A stretch of DNA of 64,000 nucleotides from Cenarchaeum sp. (GCA_965242695.1 CBDESU010000001.1:224001-288000); one strand, 5' to 3'. Counted from the first letter of the stretch, positions 20,180 through 30,545 are shown. The notes: generated by a model not told the origin, from the sequence alone. Program-made: numbers and translations.

Positions 20180-20439
20180 AGCGCCGGCACGCCGGCGCGC
20201 GCCGCAGGGCGCGCCCGCATATGGCATGCGACCGCTATCGGGCGGCCGTATTTAACAGATCCGGCGCGCCCCCCGCATCGTGCGTCCGCTACGGCGGTGT
20301 TTACTAATGCACATCCGCGGAGGCGCCGCAAGCGCGGCCCGGAGTGGGCTACCACGGGTGCGCATGCGCCTGCGCGCCGCCCCGGTTAGGCTATAAGGAA
20401 CCCGGCGGCGCGCCGCGCGCAGGGCGGTTCTGCGTGGGA

Positions 20440-21750
20440 GTGGGCAGCAACAGCAACAGCGGCGGCAGCAGCGGGGATGTCAGCATGGTCTACGTCCTGC
20501 TCGACGGCGTCGGCGATCTGCCGCACCCCGACCTGGGCGGCAGGACGCCGCTGCAGGCGGCGCGCACGCCGAACCTGGACAGGCTCGCCCGCGGGGGCGC
20601 CATGGGCCGCGTCGTGTCCGTCGGCCGCGGCATAGCCCCAGAGTCGGACATTGCCGTGTTCAACATGCTCGGGTACGGGTTCCGGCACGCCGACTATGCC
20701 GGCCGCGGCGTCATCGAGGCGATCGGCATTGGGATCGACTTTCGCGACGGCGACCTGGCCCTGAGGGGAAACTTTGCCACGGTCGACGGCGAGGGGGTGA
20801 TCACCGACCGCAGGGCCGGCCGGCACATCGAGAGGGCCGACGCGGAGGCGGTCGCATCCGAGCTCGAGCGCGGCGTGAAATTCTCCCGGCCCGGCGCGTC
20901 CGTCGTGGTGGCCCCGACGGTGGGGCACCGCGTCACGGTGCGGATCAGGCTCGACGGCGAGGACCTCTCGTCGAACGTGACGAACACCGACCCCGCGTAC
21001 GCGAGGGTCGACGGCATGGGGATCGCAAAGGCCGTCGGCGACTGCATGCGCATCGAAAAGTGCCTGCCGCTCGACGGCTCGCCGGCCGCCGCCCTGGCCG
21101 CGTCGCTCGTCAACGAGTTCACCGAGCAGTCCGGGCGCATACTCGCCGGCAGCGAGACGAACAGGGCCCGCGCCGAGGCAGGCAGGAAGACGCTCGGCTG
21201 CATACTGCTGCGCGATGCCGGCAACCGGCACCCCGTCGTGGACCCCATCGGCAAGGTGCACTCGATGAGCTTTTCGTGCATCGTCGACATGCCCGTGGAG
21301 ATCGGCATATCGCGGGTGCTGCGCATGGACGCGTACGAGGCCGGCGGCCTGGCCGACTACGAGGCAAAGGCGCGCGCGGCAGCGGACGCCGTCGCCTCGC
21401 ACGACGCGGTGTACGTCCACCTGAAGGGGCCCGACGAGTTCGGGCACGACGGCGATGCGGCCGGCAAGAGGGCGAGCATCGAGGATATAGACGCGAGGTT
21501 CTTTGGGCCGCTTCTCGGCGCCATCGACCTGTCGAGGACGGCCGTGGTCGTCTCGGCCGACCACTCGACTCCGTGCATAAGCAAGGGCCACAGCGACGAC
21601 CCCGTCCCCCTGCTCGTGTCCGGCGGCGGCATGCGGGGGCCGGACGGGACGGAACGGTTCACGGAGCGGGATGCCGAGGCCGGCAGCCTCGGCCTGCTCG
21701 AGGGCGCCGAGGTGGTGCGCACTGCCGTCGCCCGCATCGGGGGATCCTAG
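20440..21750 (+). CDS. apgM: Cofactor-independent phosphoglycerate mutase (archaeal ApgM type)
   Basis: LLDGVGD, TPNLD, PESDIA, GRGVIEA, HLKGPDEFGHDGD, SADHSTP, HSDDPVP; start approximate. Confidence 0.9.
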   Translation: MGSNSNSGGSSGDVSMVYVLLDGVGDLPHPDLGGRTPLQAARTPNLDRLARGGAMGRVVSVGRGIAPESDIAVFNMLGYGFRHADYAGRGVIEAIGIGIDFRDGDLALRGNFATVDGEGVITDRRAGRHIERADAEAVASELERGVKFSRPGASVVVAPTVGHRVTVRIRLDGEDLSSNVTNTDPAYARVDGMGIAKAVGDCMRIEKCLPLDGSPAAALAASLVNEFTEQSGRILAGSETNRARAEAGRKTLGCILLRDAGNRHPVVDPIGKVHSMSFSCIVDMPVEIGISRVLRMDAYEAGGLADYEAKARAAADAVASHDAVYVHLKGPDEFGHDGDAAGKRASIEDIDARFFGPLLGAIDLSRTAVVVSADHSTPCISKGHSDDPVPLLVSGGGMRGPDGTERFTERDAEAGSLGLLEGAEVVRTAVARIGGS

Positions 21751-21759
21751 GCGCCGCCG

Positions 21760-22335
21760 TCATATGCGGAACAGCGACATCTCGCCGCTGCGCCGCATCG
21801 CGGCGACCCTCTCCCTCATGCCGTCGACGTCGATTCCGTGGTACCTTCCCGTGTGGCCGCCGATCTTTTCGAGCGCGCGGCCGAACATGTTGATCCCGAC
21901 GCCGGCGTCGTTCTTTTGCGAATGCGCAAACGCGACGGCCACGAGTATGATCCCCTGGACGAGCAGCTTTTCGGCGCCCTCGCACTGCTTCCAGGCTCCC
22001 TCCCAGGCCTCATGCGCCTCCCAGAACCGCTCGCCGTTGAAGTAGCCGATGCCCTCGCGCATGCCCTCTTCCTTTGGCGGGAGGGCCTGCGCCCTCTCGG
22101 ACTCGGACACGTTGCGGGCGTTGTCGAGCGGGCCGATCGGGCCCAGCCTCTTGACTAGCGCATCGAGGCGCGCGGGATCGACCGAGACGTCGAGCTCGAC
22201 GAACGCCGTCGCCACGCGGGCGACGCGCACGGACGCGCCGAGCTCGGATGCAAGGAACCTGGCCCTGTGCACGATGCGTCGCGCGTCGGCCGGGCCGTAC
22301 CCCGTGTTGCCCAGGTGCAGCATGTAGCGGTCCAC
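21760..22335 (-). CDS. DUF309 domain protein
   Basis: FNGERFWEAHEAWEGAW...VQGII motif; GTG start inferred. Confidence 0.85.
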   Translation of the reverse strand: MDRYMLHLGNTGYGPADARRIVHRARFLASELGASVRVARVATAFVELDVSVDPARLDALVKRLGPIGPLDNARNVSESERAQALPPKEEGMREGIGYFNGERFWEAHEAWEGAWKQCEGAEKLLVQGIILVAVAFAHSQKNDAGVGINMFGRALEKIGGHTGRYHGIDVDGMRERVAAMRRSGEMSLFRI

Positions 22336-22595
22336 GCACCGGCGCGCGATCGTCGCCTTAAATCTCTTCATCGGGGAGCGGATGAGGGGCCGCTGCGCGA
22401 AAGGATGCCTGCCCGCTTGCCCGGCGCGGCGCGCCGGATGGGACCGTGGGCGGGGCGGGCCCGAGGCGGCCGGGGCAGGGATGCAGCGCAGCGCGCAGCG
22501 GGCCGCAACGCTCCCTTCTTGGTGAAGGTGGATGCCGCACAGCTTCGTCCCGCGCTTGTTGCCGTTCGGCACGAGTCGGGCGCCCCGGCGATTCT

Positions 22596-22808
22596 CTAGT
22601 CCATGGGGTAGAGGATTTCATCGATGATGTCCTCCTCGATGCCCCGCTCGATATCCCGCTCGATATCCCGCTCGATATCCCGCTCGATCTCTCTGTCGAA
22701 CTGCTCGGACAGCTTGCGGCTCATCTCTTCAAGCTCCCTGTCGCACTGCGCTATCACTTCGGGGCTCGGGGCGACCGAGCTTGCGGCGCCCTCACTTTCG
22801 GTCATCAC
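22596..22808 (-). CDS. Small acidic protein, copy A (with ERDI 12-bp repeats)
   Basis: Intact ORF, duplicated at 23738-23914. Confidence 0.55.
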   Translation of the reverse strand: MMTESEGAASSVAPSPEVIAQCDRELEEMSRKLSEQFDREIERDIERDIERDIERGIEEDIIDEILYPMD

Positions 22809-23490
22809 GGCGCACCCGTTTTGAGTCTCTTATACGCCTTATGATGTCGTCCGCTTCGCCCATGCGGCCCTTCCTCCCGAGCACTCGTGCCTGTGCTTCG
22901 TTGGGGGACGCCTCCGTGCCTGCAGGATCGGCGGAGATGTCGTATCCAGACATGGATTCGACTAGGCCGCCGCGAACTTCGTCTGGCATGCCTGTCGTGT
23001 GCGGGGCCCTGCTATCTGCAGACTGGACTCGGCGGTAACTCTCGAGCGCCTCTGCCGGGCGCCCCTGCGACTCGGTATTTTCCCGGCCGCGATGCATGCC
23101 CTGGTACTGAACGGATCGACCTCGGCGGCACGGTGGTAACTACCCAGAGCATCGGCCGGGCGCCCAAGATGCCAGAGGACGTTGCCCCTTCCCATGTCGT
23201 GTTTGCATACTGGGGATCGACCTCGACGGCCCTGTCGTGCGACGCAGGGGCGCCTGTGGCCCGGCCCTCCCGCGCAAGGATGCATCCCATGGCCGCGTGG
23301 GCATTCGGGCTGCTTGGATCTAGATCGCCTGCCGTACCACTCCATCACCCCGTCGTTCTTACCGAGGCCTTGGGACCACTTGCCGGCGATCACGTACAGC
23401 ACCGACGGGTCAGCCCCTGTGCCGCCCAACTCTGCGAGGGCCCCTTGGTACGTGCGCACCGCCTCGTCCATGTAGCCGCGCGACATGGCC
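22792..23490 (-). pseudogene. Frameshifted, 5'-truncated TPR gene, copy A
   Basis: Homologous to 23898-25040; TPR text jumps frames several times. Confidence 0.75.
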
Positions 23491-23737
23491 AAGTCCGCGC
23501 CAAAGCACACTGCGGAGCAGGGTGGCCTTGGACGGCAATCCCATGGCCGCGTGCCGAACCCGCTTGATCGATAAAGGCTTGGAACCATGGTGGCCGTCGC
23601 GGGTGTCCGGCGCCACTCGAATTGCCGTAGCCGCGGCATGTCGTCGGCAGGCTGTGCCGGCGCATCTGCCGCCACCTGCGAGCATCCCTGTCTTCTCCCT
23701 CAGGCGTCAGTGGTGGAGGCGAGACCGGATCCATCTC

Positions 23738-23914
23738 CTAGTCCATGGGGTAGAGGATTTCATCGATGATGTCCTCCTCGATGCCCCGCTCGATCTCTCT
23801 GTCGAACTGCTCGGACAGCTTGCGGCTCATCTCTTCGAGCTCCCTGTCGCACTGTGCTATCACCTCGGGGCTCGGGGCGACCGAGCTTGCGGCGCCCTCA
23901 CTTTCGGTCATCAC
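23738..23914 (-). CDS. Small acidic protein, copy B (58 aa)
   Basis: Same as copy A minus 36 bp (three ERDI units); not in ORF track. Confidence 0.55.
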   Translation of the reverse strand: MMTESEGAASSVAPSPEVIAQCDRELEEMSRKLSEQFDREIERGIEEDIIDEILYPMD

Positions 23915-25689
23915 GGCGCACCCGTTTTGAGTCTCTTATACGCCTTATGATGTCGTCCGCTTCGCCCATGCGGCCCTTCCTCCCGAGCACTCGTGCCTGT
24001 GCTTCGTTGGGGGACGCCTCCGTGCCTGCAGGATCGGCGGAGATGTCGTATCCGGACATGGACTCGACTAGGCCACCGCGAACTTCGTCTGGCATGCCTG
24101 TCGTGGTACGGGGGCCTGCCTCGGAGGCCCGGCGGCTCTTCCCGACAGGCTGGCCTCGGAGGCCCGGCGGTAGCTCTCGAGCGCCTCTGCCGGGCGCCCC
24201 TGCGACTCGTGGATCTTTCCGGCTGCGATGTGGGCGCCCGCATGGGACGGGTCGGCCTCGGAGGCCCGGCGGTAGCTCTCGAGCGCCTCTGCCGGGCGCC
24301 CCTGCGACTCGTGGATCTTTCCGGCTGCGATGTGGGCGCCCGCATGGGACGGGTCGGCCTCGGAGGCCCGGCGGTAGCTCTCGAGCGCCTCTGCCGGGCG
24401 CCCCTGCGACCTGTGGATCTGCCCGGCCGCGATGTGCGCCCAAGCGCTCGACGGGTCGGCCTCGGAGGCCCGGCGGTAGCTCTCGAGCGCCTCTGCCGGG
24501 CGCCCCTGCGACCTGTGGATCTGCCCGGCCGCAATGTGGGCGCCCGCATGGGACGGGTCGGCCTCGGAGGCCCGGCGGTAGCTCTCGAGCGCCTCTGCCG
24601 GGCGCCCCTGCGACCTGTGGATCTGCCCGGCCGCAATGTGGGCCCTGGTGCTGAAAGGGTCGGCCTCGGAGGCCCGGCGGTAGCTCTCGAGCGCCTCTGC
24701 CGGGCGGCCGAGGTGCCAGAGGACGTTGCCCCTTCCCATGTGCATGTTTGCGTACCGGGGATCGATTTCGACGGCCCTGTCGTACGACGCAAGGGCATCC
24801 GTGCCGCGGCCCGCCCGCGCAAGGATGCATCCCATGGCCGCGTGGGCATTCGGGTTGCTTGGATCCGCCGAGATCGCCTTGCCGTACCACTCCATCGCCT
24901 CGTCGCGCCTGCCGAGGCCCTCGGCCGCCTTGCCGGCGATCACGCACAGCACCGACGGGTCGGCCCCTGCGCTGTCCACCTCTGCGAGGACCATTTGGTA
25001 CGTGCGGACTGCCTCGTCCATGTAGCCGCGCGACACTGCCCAGTACACCCCCATCATCAGGAACACGGCGCGAAGGGACGGCACCTGCCTGACGATGCTG
25101 TCTATGTGCTGGTCCACAGTCTCCATCATCAGGCGCCGATCGTACCCATGGTCCCCCTCCCGTGCGTATGGTCGTTGCGCACGCTGTGGAGCGTGTACGT
25201 CGAAGCGAGCAGCTCTGGATTCCCCTTGAACACGCTCGTCATGCCCAGATCGTCCTGGATGGACCGTATGTCGTCGACGCTCTGGACCTTGCGGTCGAGC
25301 CAGAGCAGGGCTGCCTAGCTGAGGCGGGGAATGATCCTTGCAAGCTCTGGAAGATCCGCCGCAGTAATGTGCAGGTTGACGGGGGTATGCATGTGCTTCT
25401 CGGGATCGAACTTGTACTGCCCGACCTGGCGGTAGGCCAGCTCTATGCATGTCCCAGAGGCGACCGGCATGTACTTCTTGGCGATCTCGCTCATGCTGTA
25501 GTACAGATCCTTGACTTCATAGTAGCTCTCGAATACGTCTGCCCACGTGCCGCCGAGCAGGTCGCGCGAGATCCTGCTGAGCCACCTTATTCTGGCCAAC
25601 GTCAGGCCCCGCAATGTGCGGTATATTAGTATAACTAGCCTCCACTCGACTCGCAGGCGCGGCCGCCCGCCGGAGCCTGCGGCAGCCAT
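23898..25689 (-). pseudogene. Disrupted HEPN(Swt1-like)-TPR fusion gene, copy B
   Basis: Reading through TAG at 25315-25317 gives ...LHSVRNDHTHG (RxxxxH); a 1-nt shift near 25160 joins the TPR ORF; another shift near 24140 separates the C-terminal tail. Confidence 0.65.
24153..24706 (-). repeat. 102-bp (34-aa TPR) near-identical tandem repeat, about 5.4 copies
   Basis: Unit starts at 24153, 24255, 24357, 24459, 24561, 24663. Confidence 0.92.
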
Positions 25690-26051
25690 CCCTCGCTGCG
25701 CTTGGGTACCGGGTCTGGGATCGCATGTAGCATGGCAGGGAGCCTGCGGCAGCCATCCCGCGCCGCGCTGCGCCGGGGCATGCGAGTGCGGCCCGCCGCC
25801 TCGGCCGCCTCCCGCGCCGCGCCGCCGGCCGCACATGGCGCGGGACGGGCGCAGGACGGCGATCGCCGAACAGCGGCGCAGGAGCCTTTTGCCGGATATG
25901 GATGTCCTGACGTGGCGTGCGGTGCGCAGGATTGGCGGCCGCCGCGCCGTGCGTGGTCGAGCGCCGGCGCGCGGCCGCCGGGCCGGGGATGCAGATGCCG
26001 ACTATTTAAAGGCCCATCGGTTTATATGATTAGCGCCGCTCGGCGGGGGCA

Positions 26052-26441
26052 GTGTCGCTGGTCGAAAAGGTCGCGGACGTCGACAATGCGTTCCTTGCGA
26101 GGCGCGAACTCACGTGCAACTTTGCGGGGCTCGGAGGCAAGCTCACGCGGCTTGATGCGGTCGATATAGTCACAAAAGAGTACGGGCTCGGCGGCAAGGC
26201 CGTGGTCCCGATGGGGCTCAGGAGCCAGGTCGGGCGCACCGTCATAACAGGCACGTTCTACGTGTACGACGACGAAGCGGCCGCCAAGAGGCACGTCAGG
26301 CGGGCCGTCTTTGAGAGGCTAGACAAGGACAGAAAGGCCAAGGCCGAAAAGGAGGCGGCCGAGTCTGATGCCGGCGGCGGCGACGGCGAGGGCAAGGACG
26401 GCGATGGCACGGCGGCGGCCGGCGAAGGGGGCGGGACATGA
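26052..26441 (+). CDS. rps24e: 30S ribosomal protein S24e
   Basis: [10 protein letters not shown]-terminus, G..YVYDD; adjacent to S27ae as usual in archaea. Confidence 0.85.
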   Translation: MSLVEKVADVDNAFLARRELTCNFAGLGGKLTRLDAVDIVTKEYGLGGKAVVPMGLRSQVGRTVITGTFYVYDDEAAAKRHVRRAVFERLDKDRKAKAEKEAAESDAGGGDGEGKDGDGTAAAGEGGGT

Positions 26442-26443
26442 AC

Positions 26444-26629
26444 ATGGCCGGCGCAGCCAAGAAGGGCAAGAAGGGGTTTAGCCAAAAAATATCGGCGCTG
26501 TACAAGGTCGACGGCGGCAAGGTCACTAGGCTGCGGAGGGTCTGCTCGCGGTGCGGCAAGGGCGTGTACATGGCGGCCCACAAGGACAGGCGCACGTGCG
26601 GCAAGTGCGGCCTGACCGAGTTCGGGTAG
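26444..26629 (+). CDS. rps27ae: 30S ribosomal protein S27ae
   Basis: [27 protein letters not shown]. Confidence 0.95.
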   Translation: MAGAAKKGKKGFSQKISALYKVDGGKVTRLRRVCSRCGKGVYMAAHKDRRTCGKCGLTEFG

Positions 26630-26793
26630 CCCCAAGCGCGGCAGGTGCATCGGCTGCGCCGAAGGGTTTCTGCGGCCGGGATGCGGGCATCGAGATCCGG
26701 GCTCCGGCGGCGGCCCTGTCCCCCGTCCTGAGTAGTACGAGCACACCGGCCTCCCGTGCAAGGCGCCTCGGAAGATGCGAGGACGCGGCCGCC

Positions 26794-27513
26794 CTACGCG
26801 TAGTACGAGCGCGCCCGCCTCTTGCGTATGGCCTCGCTCTTCCTCTCGATCTCGGCGAGGCGCGCGGCCGTGCCGGGGTCGACCCTGACGGCCGACACGT
26901 CGGCCGCCGAGAGGCGCGCCGTGTTCGAGTCGAGGCGCACGACCTCCCTCGGCAGGCCCTTTCCGATCCACAGGCTGACGGTCTTGTCCTCGAGGCGCGG
27001 ATCGCGAAAGCCGACCGGGAACCGCTTCGTAATGTGCGAGACGAGGGCTCGGTCGCCGAGGGCCGCGCCGGGCTCGAAGTGGCGCCCGCCGTCTGCGTGC
27101 ACGCTCTCGAACATGCTCGCCGTGACCTCGTCGGACACGACGTCCATCCTCGAGGCGCGGTGGAGCAGCTCGAGGTAGTGCAGGAACTCGTGGGCCAGTA
27201 TGGCGTGGATCGCCCCCTTTAGGCCGTACGCGACGAGCGGGGCCGACAGCTGGACGACGATGCGGATCGAGCCGCCGAACCGGACGGGCAGCGTCCTTGC
27301 AAACAGTATGCCGTACTGCATCGTGTTCGGGTCTGGCGCGGTGACGACGGCGGCCGGCTCGACGTACGCCGGCGGGTACGCGAGGCCGGACGCGCGCTCG
27401 ACGCGCTCCATGCCCGAGGCGGCAAGGCCGAACCGCCGCGCTATGAGGCTGTGGACGGGGCCCGGTATGTCGCCCCGGCCGCGCGCCTCGCTGACGCGAA
27501 ACAGGGGATCCAC
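26794..27513 (-). CDS. Hypothetical protein with HExxH (zincin-like) motif
   Basis: ILAHEFLHYLE. Confidence 0.75.
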   Translation of the reverse strand: MDPLFRVSEARGRGDIPGPVHSLIARRFGLAASGMERVERASGLAYPPAYVEPAAVVTAPDPNTMQYGILFARTLPVRFGGSIRIVVQLSAPLVAYGLKGAIHAILAHEFLHYLELLHRASRMDVVSDEVTASMFESVHADGGRHFEPGAALGDRALVSHITKRFPVGFRDPRLEDKTVSLWIGKGLPREVVRLDSNTARLSAADVSAVRVDPGTAARLAEIERKSEAIRKRRARSYYA

Positions 27514-28062
27514 GGGCTAGCGGGCGCGCGGCGCCGTAAAAACGTGTCCGCGGGCCGGCCGGCTGGCCGCCTAGCGGGCGCGCGGCTTGCCGCGCTTGGC
27601 GGTCTTTGACGCGCGCCGCGCGGCCCTGTCGTCGGCACGGCGGTGGTGCTTGCCCTTTTTTCGCGGCGGCAACGGCGTGCCCGACGGGCGCGGCTATTTG
27701 TAGCTATGTAGGCGCGGCATCCCGGCTGCCCCGTTGCTCCCCCCCCCGTCCCGCGCGCATGGCGGGCGCCGCCTGCCGCCGATCGCCGGCATGCCCGCAT
27801 GCCGGCGGCCGGGGCGGCCGCGCGCCCGGCTTCGCCGGCGTGCGCCACTGCGGCGCACACGGCGGTGTCCAAAGTCCGGCAGCGCCCCGCGCGCCGCCCT
27901 CGGGCCGCGGGCGCGGCCGCGGTGCATGGGGGAGGGGAGGAGGTCGACGCGGAGCCGGGCCAGGCGGCCCGGCTCCACGGCGCCCGTCCACTGCGGGCGC
28001 CGCCGGATGCCGCGCAGCGGATGCGCCCGCACTCTTATACGGATCCGCCCCCCGCCGGCAGC

Positions 28063-29022
28063 ATGGCAAAGGGCTACGGGGCGGCCCGCGTGCGGCGCAT
28101 GATCTCCGAGTCGCTGGCCGGATCGCCGGCGGGCATGACATGCTCGGACCTCTCTGGGCGCCTCGGCATCAGCCGCATCACGCTTGCAAAGTACCTCGAC
28201 ACGTTCGCCGCCGAGGGCCTGGTCCGCCGCCGCGGCGCCGGCCCCGCCGCTGTGTGGCTCGCCGGCGAGGCCGCCGCGTCCACGGCAGCCCTGGAGTTTC
28301 CAGAGGGGTATGCGGCAGCGCAAAGGATGTACGAGGAGCTCGTCCTGTCATGCTCTGAGGATGCCGCCTGCGCGCTCGTGCGCGGCTGCATCTCGTCTGG
28401 CGCGAAGGCGTCCCGCCTCATGACAGAGGCCGTGGTGCCCGCCGCCGCGCGCGTCCGCAGGGCGTACGACGACGGGCGCATCGGCAACTCGGAACTGGCC
28501 CTCATGCGCGGCATACTGTCCTCGTCGATACGCGCCGCCTCGGCCCCGGCGGCCGTGCCCGAGCCCGACCCGATGCGCAGCGCGGTCCTCATGGCCGCCG
28601 ATCCGGCGAGCGCCGTGCTCTGCGAGGCCGCCGCGGCCGCCCTCAGGGGGGACGGCTGGTCGGCGTACGCGCTCGGCGACATGTCCGCCTCGATAAACGT
28701 CCTGCTGGACCTTGACCTGCAGCGCCTGCTCGCGAGGGTGTGGAGGGGGAGGCGCGGCATGCTTGCCGTCTGCGTATTCTCGGACTCTGAGGAGGGCCTC
28801 AACTTCTTTGCCGAGTCGGCCGGCTCGGCCCTGGCGCGAGCCGGCCGCGGCGCGCGGCTGGTCCTGTGCGGGCCCGCCGGCAAAAAGCCCGGCCCCAAGG
28901 CGGACCTGGTCACGGACAGCCTCGGCGACGTCCTGCAGTGGGTGCAGACCTCGTACGAGAGCATGATGGCCGCCGGCGCCAGGCCGCGGCGGGGCGCGGC
29001 GGCCGGCCCGCGCGCCGCTTGA
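28063..29022 (+). CDS. wHTH transcription regulator with B12-binding-like domain
   Basis: N-terminal LSGRLGISRITLAKYL HTH; helical cap (YDDGRI...E) then Rossmann-like region; CTTATA box upstream. Confidence 0.65.
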   Translation: MAKGYGAARVRRMISESLAGSPAGMTCSDLSGRLGISRITLAKYLDTFAAEGLVRRRGAGPAAVWLAGEAAASTAALEFPEGYAAAQRMYEELVLSCSEDAACALVRGCISSGAKASRLMTEAVVPAAARVRRAYDDGRIGNSELALMRGILSSSIRAASAPAAVPEPDPMRSAVLMAADPASAVLCEAAAAALRGDGWSAYALGDMSASINVLLDLDLQRLLARVWRGRRGMLAVCVFSDSEEGLNFFAESAGSALARAGRGARLVLCGPAGKKPGPKADLVTDSLGDVLQWVQTSYESMMAAGARPRRGAAAGPRAA

Positions 29023-29024
29023 TG

Positions 29025-29113
29025 TGGGCCGAGTGAGATTCGAACTCACGGCCTTTCGATCTCCGAGGAGGTCTTATCAGTCGAACGCTCCAGCCAAGCT
29101 GAGCTACCGGCCC
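29025..29113 (-). tRNA. tRNA-Ile(GAU) with 14-nt intron at 37/38
   Basis: GGGCCGG/TCGGCCC acceptor, TTCGA-CTGATA[AGACCTCCTCGGAG]A-TCGAA anticodon arm with BHB helix CTGA/TCGG, GTTCGAAT T-loop. Confidence 0.93.
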
Positions 29114-29286
29114 CTGCCGTGCGCCGGCCGGCGGTGATTTAAGTCTAGCCCGCGCGCCGCCGTTGCGCGCGGGGCCCGCCCGCCGTCCTGCGGCGGCGGG
29201 GAGGCTGCCGTGCCGGAACTGCGGTGGACGGGGAGTGGGGGGGGGGCGGAGAAGGCGCCGGCGGGCCGCCGGCGCGCCGCGCGGAC

Positions 29287-29835
29287 TCACCCCTCCTTCC
29301 ACTTTATCGAGCACCCGATGGACGGGTCAAAGTCCTTTTCGATGCGGCGCCCGCCGAGCAGCACCTCTATGTTGTCGATCATGGTCTTTTCGGTCGCCAC
29401 CGCCTCTGGGCTCATCGCGTCGTCGATGCGGCCGTGGAACGCGAGCCTGCCGGCCGAGTCGAACAGGAACGGGTCGGGCGTGCAGACGGCGCCGTACCGC
29501 CTCGCCACGTCCTGCGTGTCGTCGACCAGGTAGTCGAACTCGATTCCCCTCTCGGCCGCCACGGCCTTCATGTTGTCGTAGCTGTCGTCGGGGTACCTGG
29601 ACGCGTCGTTGCTGTTGATGCCGACCACGGCAATCCTGTCGCCAAACCTCTCGTGCACCTCCTTGATCGCGTCAATCTTTGCCTTTACGTACGGGCAGTG
29701 GTTGCACATGAAGACGACGAGCAGCGCATCGCGCCCCGCGTACCCCGCCAGCGAGTGCCTCTTGCCGTCGATGCCGAGCAGGTCAAAGTCGGGGGCCGCA
29801 TCGCCCGCCTTGAGGCTCACGACCGACTCCGTCAA
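29287..29835 (-). CDS. Thioredoxin family (AhpC/TSA-like) protein
   Basis: FMCNHCPYV, INSND, GAVCTPD, SIGCSIKW; TTG start inferred. Confidence 0.9.
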   Translation of the reverse strand: MTESVVSLKAGDAAPDFDLLGIDGKRHSLAGYAGRDALLVVFMCNHCPYVKAKIDAIKEVHERFGDRIAVVGINSNDASRYPDDSYDNMKAVAAERGIEFDYLVDDTQDVARRYGAVCTPDPFLFDSAGRLAFHGRIDDAMSPEAVATEKTMIDNIEVLLGGRRIEKDFDPSIGCSIKWKEG

Positions 29836-29940
29836 GGCCAACGCCGGCCGCCTGCCGCCGCTCAATAAATAGCGTGCGGGCCGCGCGATCCGCGGCCGCC
29901 GCGAACAGTTAAAATCAGAGCCGCGCGGCGCCCCGCCCGC

Positions 29941-30015
29941 GGGCTGATAGTATAGCGGTAGTATACCCGCCTTGCACGCGGGGGGTCGGGGGTTCAAATC
30001 CCTCTCAGTCCACCA
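29941..30015 (+). tRNA. tRNA-Ala(UGC), CCA encoded
   Basis: CCCGC-CTTGCAC-GCGGG anticodon arm, G3:U70 pair, GTTCAAAT T-loop. Confidence 0.95.
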
Positions 30016-30437
30016 CACCTGTTATCATGCCGGCGCGGCCCGTTGCCATGTCCGGCCCGCACGCTGGCGCCGTGCACGTCCTCCCTCCAGCATGCCCTGC
30101 CGCCAGCGACTGCATGCCCCGCCGTGGCCGGCACGCCCGGCCGCCGGCCCCGTCCCCGAGTGAGCCGCCCGCGGCGATCGCCGCGCCCTGTTCAGCCTGC
30201 TCGCCGAGACCTCCCTTGACCCCCAGTCGCATGCGGCCGCAGCGCCGCCTGCCCGTGCGACCCTGGCCGCAGCGCCCCCTACGATCACCACGCGATCGCC
30301 TCCGGCAGCGCGGCCTGCGCGCGGCGTGCGACCCTGGCCGCAGCGCCCCTCCACCCGATCACCCCTGCCCGCCTTTTATACGGCGCACGGCCGGATCCGC
30401 GAGATGGACTTAAATACAGACCTTTGGGCGCGCGCCC

Positions 30438-30545
30438 ATGGCAAGTCCAGCAGAAGGGTGGCCGGTTTGGATCCCTCTGATTGTCGGGTTGGCGCCAGGA
30501 CTAGTGTACTGGTTTGTCATCACGGCGATGAGAAAGCGCCGCTAG
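30438..30545 (+). CDS. Small membrane protein, 35 aa (MASPAEGWPVWIPLIVGLAPGLVYWFVITAMRKRR)
   Basis: TTAAATA box at 30410-30416, single hydrophobic helix with basic tail; not in ORF track. Confidence 0.7.
   Translation: MASPAEGWPVWIPLIVGLAPGLVYWFVITAMRKRR

Noticed and set aside
22792-25040. Diversity-generating retroelement template/variable repeat pair
   Set aside because: Mismatches between the copies are not adenine-specific, include indels, and no reverse transcriptase is present
25315-25317. Pyrrolysine or programmed readthrough at the in-frame TAG
   Set aside because: Accompanied by frameshifts in the same gene and TAG is a common true stop in this window; decay is simpler
29025-30015. 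tRNA-anchored integrated element
   Set aside because: No integrase and no duplicated tRNA 3' end seen in the window
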